This document shows, in pieces, positions 1-10,741 of a stretch of 41,222 nt of DNA; position 1 is the stretch's first letter; each line of letters opens with the position of its first letter. Origin of the DNA: Jimgerdemannia flammicorona (lineage: Eukaryota); assembly GCA_003990765.1 (NCBI GenBank), contig RBNJ01000110.1, positions 1 through 41,222 on the forward strand, given 5' to 3'. The notes below the pieces were generated by a model. It was not told the origin of the DNA. It saw only the letters and a list, made by a program, of their open reading frames with translations, and did not search any database. Both the position numbers and the translations under genes were made by a program.

Positions 1-311
1 TTTGCTATCTCTTTGCTTTGAACTATTTCGATCTGAGGTTTATTCACTCGAAGATACTGGGTTATTTATACAAGTTTGCTAGCTATGAGAGGGTGGCTAA
101 GTAATAAATGAGTCATTTGGACTTTATTGAAACATTTAGACAATGTCTAAATGCTATTCTAAATCGGGGTATTCGATTTGGATAATGTCTAAGAAATTAG
201 ACAATGTCGAAATCGAGGACTGCTAACTATAAGGCTATACTACTTTGGAAATGGGTGCGATCAAGTGTCTATTCCCTATTTCCTTCTTCCAAATTCGGCT
301 GTACCGTCACA
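1..311 (-). repeat. Partial LTR (5' portion) of the A/B Gypsy family, cut by the window edge
   Basis: Reverse complement starts TGTGACGGTACAGCCGAATTTGGAAGAAGGAAATAGGGAATAGA and aligns with the LTR at 2562 (TGTAACAGTAGAACTAAATTTGGAAAAAGGAAATAAGGAATAGA). Retains CpGs lost in the other copies. Confidence 0.9.
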
Positions 312-1189
312 TTATGTTAATAATTTATAAATATATAATATAAATTTACTCAGTATACTAGCCAATTATATTAAAGAAGAAAATAAGATTCTAGTATCTA
401 TATGATATATATTAAATAACAGTTATTACTATATATGGAAGTAGCAAACTTATAAATTTCCAATATATTATTATAAGTCTTTTTAATAAAAAAATAAATT
501 AGAGAAATAGTAAATAATAATAATAATAAGAAAGTCTTTTATAGCTCATATAGATATACATAGTAAATATTAATAAGAAAAAGCATAATAAACTCAAACC
601 CAAACTCAATATAATAAATATAATAGTAAATAAGATCATAAGTTAAGTTTAATAATTACTATAACTATTATTATAAAAATAAGAAGAGTAAAAATAAAGA
701 TATGAAAAATGATTATAATAGTAGTAATGATTGTTAATAATATAAAATAAAGAGTATAATAAAGAATAGTATAGATAGATAATCTATATTACAGAAACTA
801 ATAATAATAGTCTATTTTTTATATAAAGAATATATTTACTTATAATTAGAAATTCTACTACTAGTTTTACTTATACTGATCATATCATCAGTTCAATATA
901 TGAAATATAATATAAAATTTATCATTAATCTATTATCTATAAAACCCAATTAGTAAAATACTTTTAGACTGATGAAAAATAGTACTATCAGTAGAATAAA
1001 CAATACTAAAAACTCTATATTTAGTACTAATAATATATAAGAACCCCAATATAGCTAATAATAATAATAATATCTAGATTATAGATTTTAGTATAACTTA
1101 GTATATAATGCTATATTATAAATTATTCTTAATATATAATATTTGAGCATCTAATATCTATTAAATTATAATAATATAATATATATATA
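312..1189. other. Extremely AT-rich relic, probably a fully decayed repeat of unknown family
   Basis: No ORFs, essentially no CpG, TpA-rich; same texture as the decayed Copia at 28140-30856. No motif recognised. Confidence 0.45.
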
Positions 1190-1410
1190 TTATAATATAG
1201 TAGATATATACTAGCAGAAGTATAGTAGATATATACTAGCAGAAGTATAGTAGATATATACTAGCAGAAGTATAGTAGATTTCTTAATCTTAAATACTTA
1301 ATCTTCTTTAACTTCTCAGAATCTTCTGATATAGAAATATGTGAGTTCAAAGTATATCCACCCACAGGCTTATTAGTTTCTTATCTCTTTGCTTAAACTA
1401 TTTCAATCTA
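1190..1410 (-). repeat. 3' fragment of an A/B-family LTR
   Basis: Matches the reverse complement of the LTR 3' end (GAGTTCAAAGTATATC...CACAGGCTTATTAGTTTCTTATCTCTTTGCTTAAACTATTTCAATCT). Confidence 0.8.
1198..1280. repeat. 25-bp tandem repeat, 3.3 perfect copies
   Basis: TAGTAGATATATACTAGCAGAAGTA at 1198, 1223 and 1248, plus a partial copy at 1273-1280. Confidence 0.95.
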
Positions 1411-1666
1411 TCTATATATAGTTATACTATATAGTATATAACTATTATATTGAACTATTATATGTATAAGATATGACTAAAAAATAATTATAAATTATAT
1501 AAAATAGTTTAAAAAGAATATAAATAGTTTGATAAGGAGATCTTTAGATATTTACTTTGAGCTTACTTTATAACTAACTCTGAGAGTCAAGAAGAGAAGA
1601 ATTTTAGATAAAAAAATCTAATATATTTTCTAGTTTAGTATTTATTATATTAAAATTATTAATTAT

Positions 1667-2159
1667 TGTGAAAGTTGATTTGAATTAGGAATATAAATCA
1701 GAGAAATAAATATTTTATCATAGTATCTGAATCTGATTCTTAAATATAGTATAGCCTTATAAATAGCAGTTATTTTACAAATATTAATGTTTTGACAAAT
1801 GTTAATATTTTCACAAATATTGAGATTTTACAGATATTAAATCTTGATGATTGTTAAAGATTTAATAGATGTTAAGAATTAATACTTATGAAGAGTGACT
1901 CATAGAAAATATAGTTATAACTTAGCCATCTTATAGCTAGAAAACTTATATAAATATTCCCAGTATCTAGAGTGAATAAACTCTAGGTTGAAATAGTTCA
2001 AAGTAAAGAGAAAGTAAGAGAACTAGTAAGTCTACAGGTAGATATACTTTGAACTCACCTACTCCTACATCCTAAGAACTCTATAGGGTCAAAGAAGATC
2101 AAGTTTTCAAGATACAGAAATCCAATATACTTATATAGTTATATATCTACTACATTACA
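1667..2159 (+). repeat. 5' LTR of Gypsy A
   Basis: TG...CA termini; aligns over its length with 23030-23522. Confidence 0.93.
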
Positions 2160-2162
2160 ACT

Positions 2163-2180
2163 TGGTGCCTATTGGCTGGT
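2163..2180 (+). promoter_or_regulatory. Primer-binding site of Gypsy A (also at about 3010-3027 in B)
   Basis: TGGTGCCTATTG starts 3 nt after the LTR in both copies. TGG is complementary to tRNA CCA. TGGTGCC is compatible with tRNA-His, but the tRNA identity is uncertain. Confidence 0.75.
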
Positions 2181-2561
2181 GATTTAAGATAAATCCCTCA
2201 CTTTTAAACTAAATAATGAACAACTACTACCACTCAAACAACTATACAAATTGAACTAAGATATCTAGACAAGATGGACATAAGACTACTAGTATTCTAT
2301 AAATATACTTCAGATGAATCAATCATTACCTTTATTAATGATTTCAAGCAATATACTATTATAAGAACTCTGATAGTAAGACAGCAAGTAGCTCTCATGC
2401 CCTTCAGTCTCTGAGGTTCAGTAAGAGTAGCATTTACAGTTACAACCTATATAAGAAATGATGATGATGCTATACTGATAGCATAGAAGATCTGGCTTAG
2501 AGCCACCAACTATATATATGAGATCAAGTAAGCTCTGAAGAATCAGCTCAATATAATATAT

Positions 2562-3006
2562 TGTAACAGTAGAACTAAATTTGGAAAAAGGAAATAAGGA
2601 ATAGATATTTGATCACCACTAGTCCCAAGTTAGTATAGCCCTATAGTTAGTAGTCCCTAATTTCAACAATTTCTAAATATTTCAAAAAATTTGAAATTGA
2701 AGACCTAATATAGTATAGTATTTCAATAATGTTAAAATGTTTCAATACTTTCAAAATAACTCATAATTTAGTCACCCATCTTATAGCTAGTAAACTTATA
2801 TAAATAACCCAGTATCTTAGAGTAAATAAATCTCAGATCAAAATAGTTCTAAGTAAAGAGAAAGTAAAGAAACTAGTAAGCCTATGGACAGATATACTTC
2901 AAACTCATCTCTGCATTCTAAGAACTCTGTGAGAGTCAGAATAAGTTAAGTTTTCAAAATACAAAAATCCACTATACTTCCAAGGTTAGGTATCTGCTAT
3001 ATTATA
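2562..3006 (+). repeat. 5' LTR of Gypsy B
   Basis: Starts TGTAAC, ends TATA (CA decayed to TA), followed by the PBS; direct repeat of 8775-9208. Confidence 0.92.
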
Positions 3007-3061
3007 ACTTGGTGCCTATTGATAGGTGATTCAAGATGAATCTCTCACTTTTAAGCTAAAT

Positions 3062-6000
3062 AATAAACAATTATCACCATCTGAAAAACCATATAAATCA
3101 AATCAAGATATCCAGACAAGATGGATATAAGACCATCAGTATTCTACAGTTATACTTCAAATAAGTCAATTATTATCTTTATTGATGATTTCAAGCAATA
3201 CACTACTATAAGAAACCTGACAGTAAGGCAACAAGTAACCCTCATACCCTTCAGTCTCTAAGAACTAGCAAGAGCAGTATTCATAGCTGTAACTCATATA
3301 GAAAATGATGATGATACTATACTAGTAGTATAGAAGACCTAGCTCTGAGCCATCTATATATAGATGAGATTAAGCAAGCCCTGAAGAATTAGCTCAATAC
3401 AACTTACCAAGAAATGAGTAAGAATCCAAACATATTCTATACCAGTATCCAATATTAGATAATTCTTATAGATTATGTTGCCACCATCAAGGATCAAGTA
3501 GCTGAAGCAATCTTTATAAAAGAAATCTACCCAGAGATAGCCCTGGTCATCTGCTCATCATCAATAGTCCTGGATCTAATATAGAAGGTCACCTATACTC
3601 AGTGATACATACTAGATAGCCAGACACCTACAAGATCATATAATAGAGAGAGTTATTGGAGTTAGAATTGAAGTACTCAAGGCAACTAGTATAATTTCTA
3701 CTACAGTAATCAATCGAAACACACCTCAACTAAGAGCTACTGAATAATAGAGAAACAGTGACCTTATGGAGAAACTTGCTAAGAAGTTCACTAAAATAAT
3801 AGCCCACCTAGGAGATGTAGTAAAAGAAATTAAAGAAAGAGACCACTATCTAGTTTAGAAATTTGCTACCACCTTAGACAAGAAGAGAGACACCTGCTAT
3901 ATCTGTGAAGAAGAAGACTACTACTCTTATAAAAATATGAGTAAAACTAAGTACAAAGTCCAATCAAGCAATGCTACTCAAAATAAGGAATAAGCCAACA
4001 TTATTACCTTCAAGGAGATTGGGGAATCAGATGAAGAGAAATGAGAAGCCTACTCTACTGAGACTATCAGAAAAGATGTTCACAAATAACTCTATAAGAA
4101 ACCACCAGAGAGACCCAAGAAGAACCCTGTGGAAAAGTAGATAGAGTACTATAGAAAGTTAAGGTGAAGAAATAGATCAAGATATGGAACTAGAACAGGC
4201 TGTTCAAGATATAATCTAAGGAATTACTCCAGTCAGTGAAGGAGAAAAGAAGAAGAAGCTTTGCAAAATCAAGACCTTTAAGTACAATATCTTCAAGGAT
4301 CTCCATCAACAAAAGGTCAATACAACCTTTGACCAGACTTACATTCAAATAGCAAATGAGATATAGACTTGCTGAAACAACTAAGAAGTAAGAATAAAAG
4401 ATAACTGAGGCCAATAATATTCAAAAAGACTCAGGTGAAGAGTGTGAAAACAACTATAAGACCTCTGTTTATATAATCTGTCAAATCGAGGATAGGGTCT
4501 TTGAAGCTATCATTGATACAGAAGCAGAAGGATGTCTCTTTAGCAAGAAAGCAGCAGACTGTCTAGGTTGAGAAGTTGAAGAAGCAATCAAATTTGTATT
4601 TATTATAGTAGATAGTATAAGGGCTATATCTCTGGGAAAGATCTGAGATATTTCCATCAAGTTTGGAGGAGCAACTATTTCAGTAGATATAATAATAACT
4701 AATGCAACCAACTATGTCATCCTTATCAGCAATCAATGACTTCATAAGGCCAAGACAGTAATTGATCTGAATGCTTAGAAGATGTAAATCATCTACTATG
4801 GACAGATGTAAATTTCCATCAATGTCAACAAAAGAGTCCTGCCTGAGATAGAGAAAGAAGAGAGTGAACAAGAGAAAGCCTATATGGTGACAACTTAGAA
4901 AAAGAAGAAGAAATTAGATAGATGAGTGAAGAAGACTGATGTAAGAAGATTATAGAAGGATATGTACTACAAGGAGTCTGCCCTCTTGGGATCTGAATGT
5001 ACTGTATAGAGCATGTCAATGAGTGTTACTAGTATACTGGCAAAATCAAAGAGATCTACCATCAAAGAAGAGAGAAGGCCCTTGAGAAACAAGTAAGAGA
5101 AGAAAAGAAAATAAAAGAAGAAGAGGATGATGAACTACTAGCTCTTCTAGAAGACAGTGATGATGAAGAGAAAATCAAGATCAAGATTCAGAAGATTCAT
5201 CCTAATGTAGTCCTATCAGAATGCAAGTCAGAAAATACAGCCAGAATGGATATTACCATAGTAGAGGAAACTGTACTCAAACTATAGACAACTACTCTAC
5301 TCACAACTGATCTGGAGATAACAATCCCAAAGGATTATATTGGAATCCTCAAGACAAGAAGTAGCCTAAGCAAGAGTGAAATTATGATTGAAGGAGGAGT
5401 CATTGATTCAGATTATATTGGAGAAATCCTACTCATTACTAGAAACTATAATTCTACAATACCATTTCTAGTCAAGAAGAAGAACCAGTTAGCACAGATA
5501 CTGATCTTTCCAATCCTACAACTAAAGATCATAGAAGCCAAGAATATAGAGAAAACAGAGAGAGGAAAGAAAGGATTTAGATCTATAAGAAGAGGAATAT
5601 TCACCAGTATCAAGATCACCAAGCTAGAGCACAAGAAGGAGGAAACTACAAATCAGCACAGCTACACTATTGGAAATAAATTCCCACTCAAGACAGAGCT
5701 CAAGAAAATACTCTACAAATTTAAGAATGTCCTCACCACAGACTTCAAGAATATCAAAGCAAAGACTCCATACTACAACTATGATATAGATACTGGAGAT
5801 ACTGAACCAATTTACCAGAAGGCAAGACCTGTCTCACCAGTCTATCAAGAGTGGCTCAGAGAAGAAATCAAGCAAATAGAAGAAGCTGGTATCATTAAGG
5901 AGACCAGCAGCCCCTGGTCTTCACCAGTCATACTAGCTCTAAAGAAGGGAAGCAAGTCTGGAGAATTCACTCCAAGACTCTGCATTAATTATAGAAAGCT

Positions 6001-7097
6001 CAATATAGTTATCAAAAAGGATTGCCAACCACTGCCCCTCATCAGTGACATCCTTATATGTAACTCTGGGAGATAAAGCACAGTACTACAGTACCTTAGA
6101 TCTATACTCAGAATTCTATCAAATTGGACTCATAGAAACAGCAAGTGAGAAATCAGCCTTCATCACCTCTGACAGAACCTATGTCTATCTGCGAATATTA
6201 TTTGGAATATACAATATACTAGTAAGTTTCCAGTGAATGATGAACAAAATCTTCTACTATGATATAAGAAGATGGCTGATAGTTTATATCAATAATATGA
6301 TTATCCACAGCCAGACATCAGAGGAATATCTGCAGTACATCCAGCAGATAATGAAAAAGCTGAGAAAGTATGACCTGTATATCAAGTCCAAGAAATGCAA
6401 ATTTGCAGAAATCAAGATCTCCTATCTTGGCCACATAATTAACTGAGATAGAATACATACTGATTCTCTAAAGATAAAAGCAGTAGCAGCATACCCAAGA
6501 CTTACTACTATTACTGAAACCCAAGCCTTCATAGAACTTATCTCATACTATTACTGATTTATCAGCGGATTCTCTAATATTGCAGGTCCAATCTATGAAC
6601 TCAATAAGAAGGATACTAAGTTCCAATAAACTAGCAGATAACAAAAAGCATTTGATGAGCTTAAGGTCAGATTGACCCAGGCACCCATCCTCAGAAGACC
6701 CAATTGGACTCAAGAATTTATCCTGCAGACAGATATAAATATCTAAGAACTAGAAGCAGTCCTAGCTCAAAAGAAAGACAAAGTAGAGTACATTATTATA
6801 TATCTCAGCTAAGAAATCCAAGAAGCTGAAAAAGAATATAAATTCTACAAGTTAGAATGTCTTGCAGTTATCTGGACTGTAAAGAAGTTCCACTACTATC
6901 TTACTAGAAGATATTTCACCATTTAGACAGACCACTCAGCTCTCACTTAATTTCTGACCACTGGATAACTCAAAGGAATCTATACCAGATAGATTATGAA
7001 GTTGCAAGCATATGATATAACCATTATATACTACTCAGAAAGAACTAATACCAATGCAGATGCCCTCTTACAGATACCCTGAAGGACCCCCAATTAG
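3062..7097 (+). pseudogene. Gypsy B gag-protease-dUTPase-RT-RNase H (many stops and frameshifts)
   Basis: Zinc knuckle relic (CYICEEEDY; copy A has CYTCGEEGHY), protease AIIDTEA, RT motifs SSPWSSPV, RLCINYRKLN, WLIVYINNM (decayed YxDD), KKCKF...YLGH, RNase H FILQTD, LECLAVIW, TDHSAL, NADAL. Confidence 0.92.
5173..5586 (+). pseudogene. dut: Trimeric-type dUTPase domain within Gypsy B pol
   Basis: KIKIQKIHPNVVL...RSSL (motif II), GGVIDSDYIGEI (III), QLAQ (IV), TERGKKGFRS (V). Confidence 0.92.
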
Positions 7098-7107
7098 TAA
7101 ATTAATT

Positions 7108-8287
7108 ATGAATAAAGAGATCTATTACAGAATTATCACCTATCTAGGACAGCAAAAGATGCCCCAACATCTGGAAGAATGGACACAAACAATTATCAAC
7201 AGAATATGGAAATAATTTGAAACCAATAGAGAAATATTAAAGAAAAGAAAGCTACTAGTTATACCAGAATATAAGAAGGAGCAAGTAATGAAATCAGTAT
7301 ACAAACTTGGCCATCTAGGAGAAATGAATATATATGATAAAGTAAGAAGAACAATATAGTGGCCAGGAATAGAGAAAGATATCAGATGATTTGTCAAGAT
7401 CTGTGATAAATATCAGAAATAAAAATAAGATTAATGAAATCAAGCCCCAGGATCAGCACACATAGAACCCGTACCATTTGTCCACATTATAATAGATGTG
7501 ATTAGTCATTTACTCTTGACTTTGACTGGTAACTGATACATCATCATCATTATAGACATTTTCATGAAATGGATAGAGGCAGAACCCCTCAAGGAAGCCA
7601 ATGTACAGTCAATTGCTGATTTTTTTTACAAAGAAATTATCTGCCAGTTCAACACCCCAATATAAGTAACCACAGATAGAGAAACAGAATTTGTGAATCA
7701 GTTCTTTGAGATTCTCTACAAGAAGTAAAAGATCTAGCATATTTGGACTACAGCATACCATCCTCAAGAAAATGGACAGACAGAAAGGACTAATAAGATT
7801 CTTAAGAATATTATCGCCAAGATCTGTAATAACTACAAAAACTAAGATTACTATCTGCTCTGCTCTCCAGGATATTCAATTATAAAGCACCCATTTCACC
7901 TCTCAGGAAATGCTGTTCAGTGAAGAAGTTCTCAGAAAACCCTATTATCTAAAAGGGATGCTATATAGAAACATGTAGATGGAGAAATATGGAGACTATA
8001 TCAAATCAGAAAGAAGACTAAGAATTACATAACCAAGGTGCAGATATTACAGCAGAATAATATAGAAAAGTTTACAAGCCTCTGGAGATTATTAAGATAA
8101 GAGATAAGGTCCTGATATATCAGAATATAGTAGAAGCTTCATGATCACAAAACTGGAGCTTAAGTGGGAAAGACCTTACCTTGTGCATGATATAAAAGGG
8201 ACCACCTTTTGGCTATAAAAACTCTCAGACACAATCATCTCCACTACCATCTACTGAAACTGACTCAAGAAGTATTATGGCCAATAA
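7108..8287 (+). pseudogene. Gypsy B integrase in a separate ORF
   Basis: Starts MNKEIYYRIITYL; HHCC relic GHLG...WPGIEKDI..FVKICDKYQ; core IDIFMKWIEA, TDRETEF, TTAYHPQENGQTER; C-terminal LKWERPY and N*LKKYY. Confidence 0.9.
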
Positions 8288-8737
8288 CTGAAGTACAGCA
8301 ACAGCACTCAAGATCACTAATACTGCTCAAAGAGCTTTCAAGAGACAATGGAACACTACAGAACCCCTGACTATAGAAGAATCTTATAATAGTATACAAA
8401 GTATCACATAGACCCATCTCTCTCAAATTTCACACTTAAGGTCTACCACCATCAGACAGAGTTCTAAGAGTATTTCAAACTTGGACAGATACTCAACAAG
8501 AGCCTAGAAATAACTAGAGATGATTGAATTACAGAGTCTCAGCTCTCCTATTCACAAATTACTATTGCCAAAAGAATCTATAAGTTATTCTGAGATGATG
8601 AACCAATACTAGCCCACCTATAAGAAATAACTCCTACTAATTTTGAGCTAGTAAGGTGATACTATTGGGAGACAGTTATATAACAGATCATACAGTATAA
8701 GATCATATAGACTATTGAGGCCTGGAAATTTGAATAG
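8277..8737 (+). pseudogene. Extra ORF3 of Gypsy B, unknown function (~154 codons)
   Basis: ATG overlaps the integrase end. Reads MANN*STATALKITNTAQRAFKRQW...EYFKLGQIL...ITIAKRIYKLF*DDEPILAHL...EAWKFE* with one 1-nt frameshift. Many synonymous differences versus copy A. Confidence 0.8.
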
Positions 8738-8774
8738 ATGTTTCAGAGATGAGATCATCTATTTAGAAGGAAGT

Positions 8775-9208
8775 TATGATAGTAAAACTAAATTTGAAAA
8801 AAGAAAATAAAAAATAGATACTTAATTACTACCAGTTCCAAGTTATAGTTAATAGTCTCTAATTTCGACAATTTCTAAATATTTCAAAAGATTTGAAATT
8901 GAAGACCCAATATAGTATAGGATTTTGACAATGTCAAAATGTTTTAACACTTTTGAAATAACTTATAACTTAGTCACCTACCTCATAGCTAGCAAACTTA
9001 TATAAATAACCCAGTATCTTAGAGTGAATAAACTTTAGATCAAAATAGTTCAAAGTAAAGAGAAAGTAAAAGAACTAGTAAGTCTGTAGGCAGATATACT
9101 TTGAACTTACTCCTGCACTCCAAGAACTTTGTGAGAGTCAGAAAAAGTCAAGTTTTCAAGATACAGAAATCTGCTATACTTCTGAGATTAGATATCTACT
9201 ATATTATA
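8775..9208 (+). repeat. 3' LTR of Gypsy B
   Basis: Preceded by purine tract AGAAGGAAG; both TG and CA termini decayed to TA. Confidence 0.92.
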
Positions 9209-9212
9209 ATAT

Positions 9213-10522
9213 CAAGGAATGAGCAAGGATCTAAATATATTCTATACTAGAATTTGATATCAGATAATCCTTATAAATTATGATACTACTATTTAAGATC
9301 AAGTAGCCAAGATAACCTTTATGAAAGGAGTCTACCCAGAAATAGCCATGGTCATTCACTCATTATCAATAGTTCTGAATCTGGTACAGAAGATCACCTA
9401 TATCTAGTAATACTAGATAGCCAGACATCTACAAGACTATATAATAGAAAGAGTCACTAGAGTTAGAATTGAAACATCCAAGATAACCAGTATAATTCCC
9501 ACCATAGTAATCAATTGAAATATACCTCAATCAAGAGCTACTGAGTAGTAAAGAAACAGTGACCCTATGTAGAAATTAGCTAAGAAGTTTGCTGAAATGA
9601 CTACCTACCTAGGAGATATGATAAAGAAAATTGGAGGAAGAGATCACTATCTAGTTCAGAAGTTTGCTACTATATTAGACAAGAAGAGAGGTACCTGCTA
9701 TACTTGTGGAGAAGAAGGTCACTACTCATATGAATATATGAGTAAAATCAAGTATATGATACAGAAAAAATTGAAGAATCTGATGAAGAAGAATGAGAGG
9801 CCTACTCTGTACAAACTACTAAAAAGGATGTTCATAAAAAACCCTACAAGCGACCATCAGAGAGACTCAAGAAGAATCTAGTAGAGAAATAGATAGAAAC
9901 TACTATAGAAAGCCAAGCTAAAGAAATAGATCAAGATATAGAGCTTGGGCAAGTAGTTCAAGATATTATCCAAAGAACTACTTTAGTCTCTATCAGTGAA
10001 GGAGAAAAGAAAAAGAAACTTTACAAAACTAAGACCTTCAAGTATGATATCTTTAAGAATCTTAGCCAATAAAAGATCAATGCAATATTTGGTCAGCTGA
10101 CAGAAATCTCTACATTCAGATAGTAAATAAGATATGGACTTGCCAAGACAATTAAGAAATAAGGTTGGAAGATAACCAAGGCCAACAATATTCAAGGAGA
10201 CTCAAAAGAAGAAAGTAAAGATAATTACAAGACTTCTGTCTATGTAATTTATCAAATCAAAGATAGAATCTTTAAGACCATTATTAACACTAGAGTAGGA
10301 GAATGCCTCCTCAGTAAGAAAGCAGCAGACTGTCTAGATTGAGAAGTTGAAGAAGTAATCAAGTTGGTATTCATCACAGTAGATAGAACAAGAGCCACAC
10401 CTCTGAGAAAGATCTGAGATATCTCTATCAAGTTTAGAGGAGCAACTATTTCAGTAGATGTTATTATAACCAATGTAACCAACTATGATATCCTTATTAG
10501 TAACCAATGACATTACAAAGCT
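9213..10522 (+). pseudogene. Gypsy A gag (3' part) and protease
   Basis: Collinear with B ~3408-4750; CYTCGEEGHY zinc knuckle; TIINTRVG (decayed DTG). Confidence 0.9.
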
Positions 10523-10524
10523 TG

Positions 10525-10677
10525 TGTTGAAATTCCTAAAATTTGAATTACATCTCAATATGTAGTAGTACAGCCAATCCTTGACTATATCATCAATCAA
10601 CATCATTAAAGTATATATTCTGTAATCAATAATAAACAACTCTCTTCTTGTAAGCCTCTTTTGAATATTCTACAATA
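10525..10677 (+). repeat. 5' LTR of Copia C (~153 bp)
   Basis: Direct repeat of 21393-21546; contains AATAAA. Confidence 0.93.
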
Positions 10678-10679
10678 AA

Positions 10680-10695
10680 AGATTATGAGTCCTGC
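10680..10695 (+). promoter_or_regulatory. Copia PBS of the half-tRNA(iMet) type
   Basis: AGATTATGAGTCCTGC right after the LTR is GGTTATGAGCCC with two transitions. That is the internal initiator-tRNA-Met priming signature known from Drosophila copia and Ty5-like elements. Confidence 0.75.
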
Positions 10696-10741
10696 TTAGT
10701 AGCTATATATTCCTCTAATATATATGCTATATTATACCATA

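Larger units (their letters stand above)
2562..9208 (+). mobile_element. Full-length Ty3/Gypsy element B inserted in the gag of A
   Basis: LTRs 2562-3006 and 8775-9208; TSD ATAT (2558-2561, 9209-9212). Removing B restores CAATATAATATATCAAGGAATGAG, collinear with B's own gag CAATACAACTTACCAAGAAATGAG. Confidence 0.95.

Noticed and set aside
1198-1280. CRISPR-like repeat array
   Set aside because: Repeats are contiguous with no spacers, there are no cas genes, and the context is a eukaryotic LTR.
8277-8737. ORF3 as env or chromodomain
   Set aside because: Too short for env, no hydrophobic signal or TM segment, and no chromodomain aromatic pattern; separate frame from integrase.
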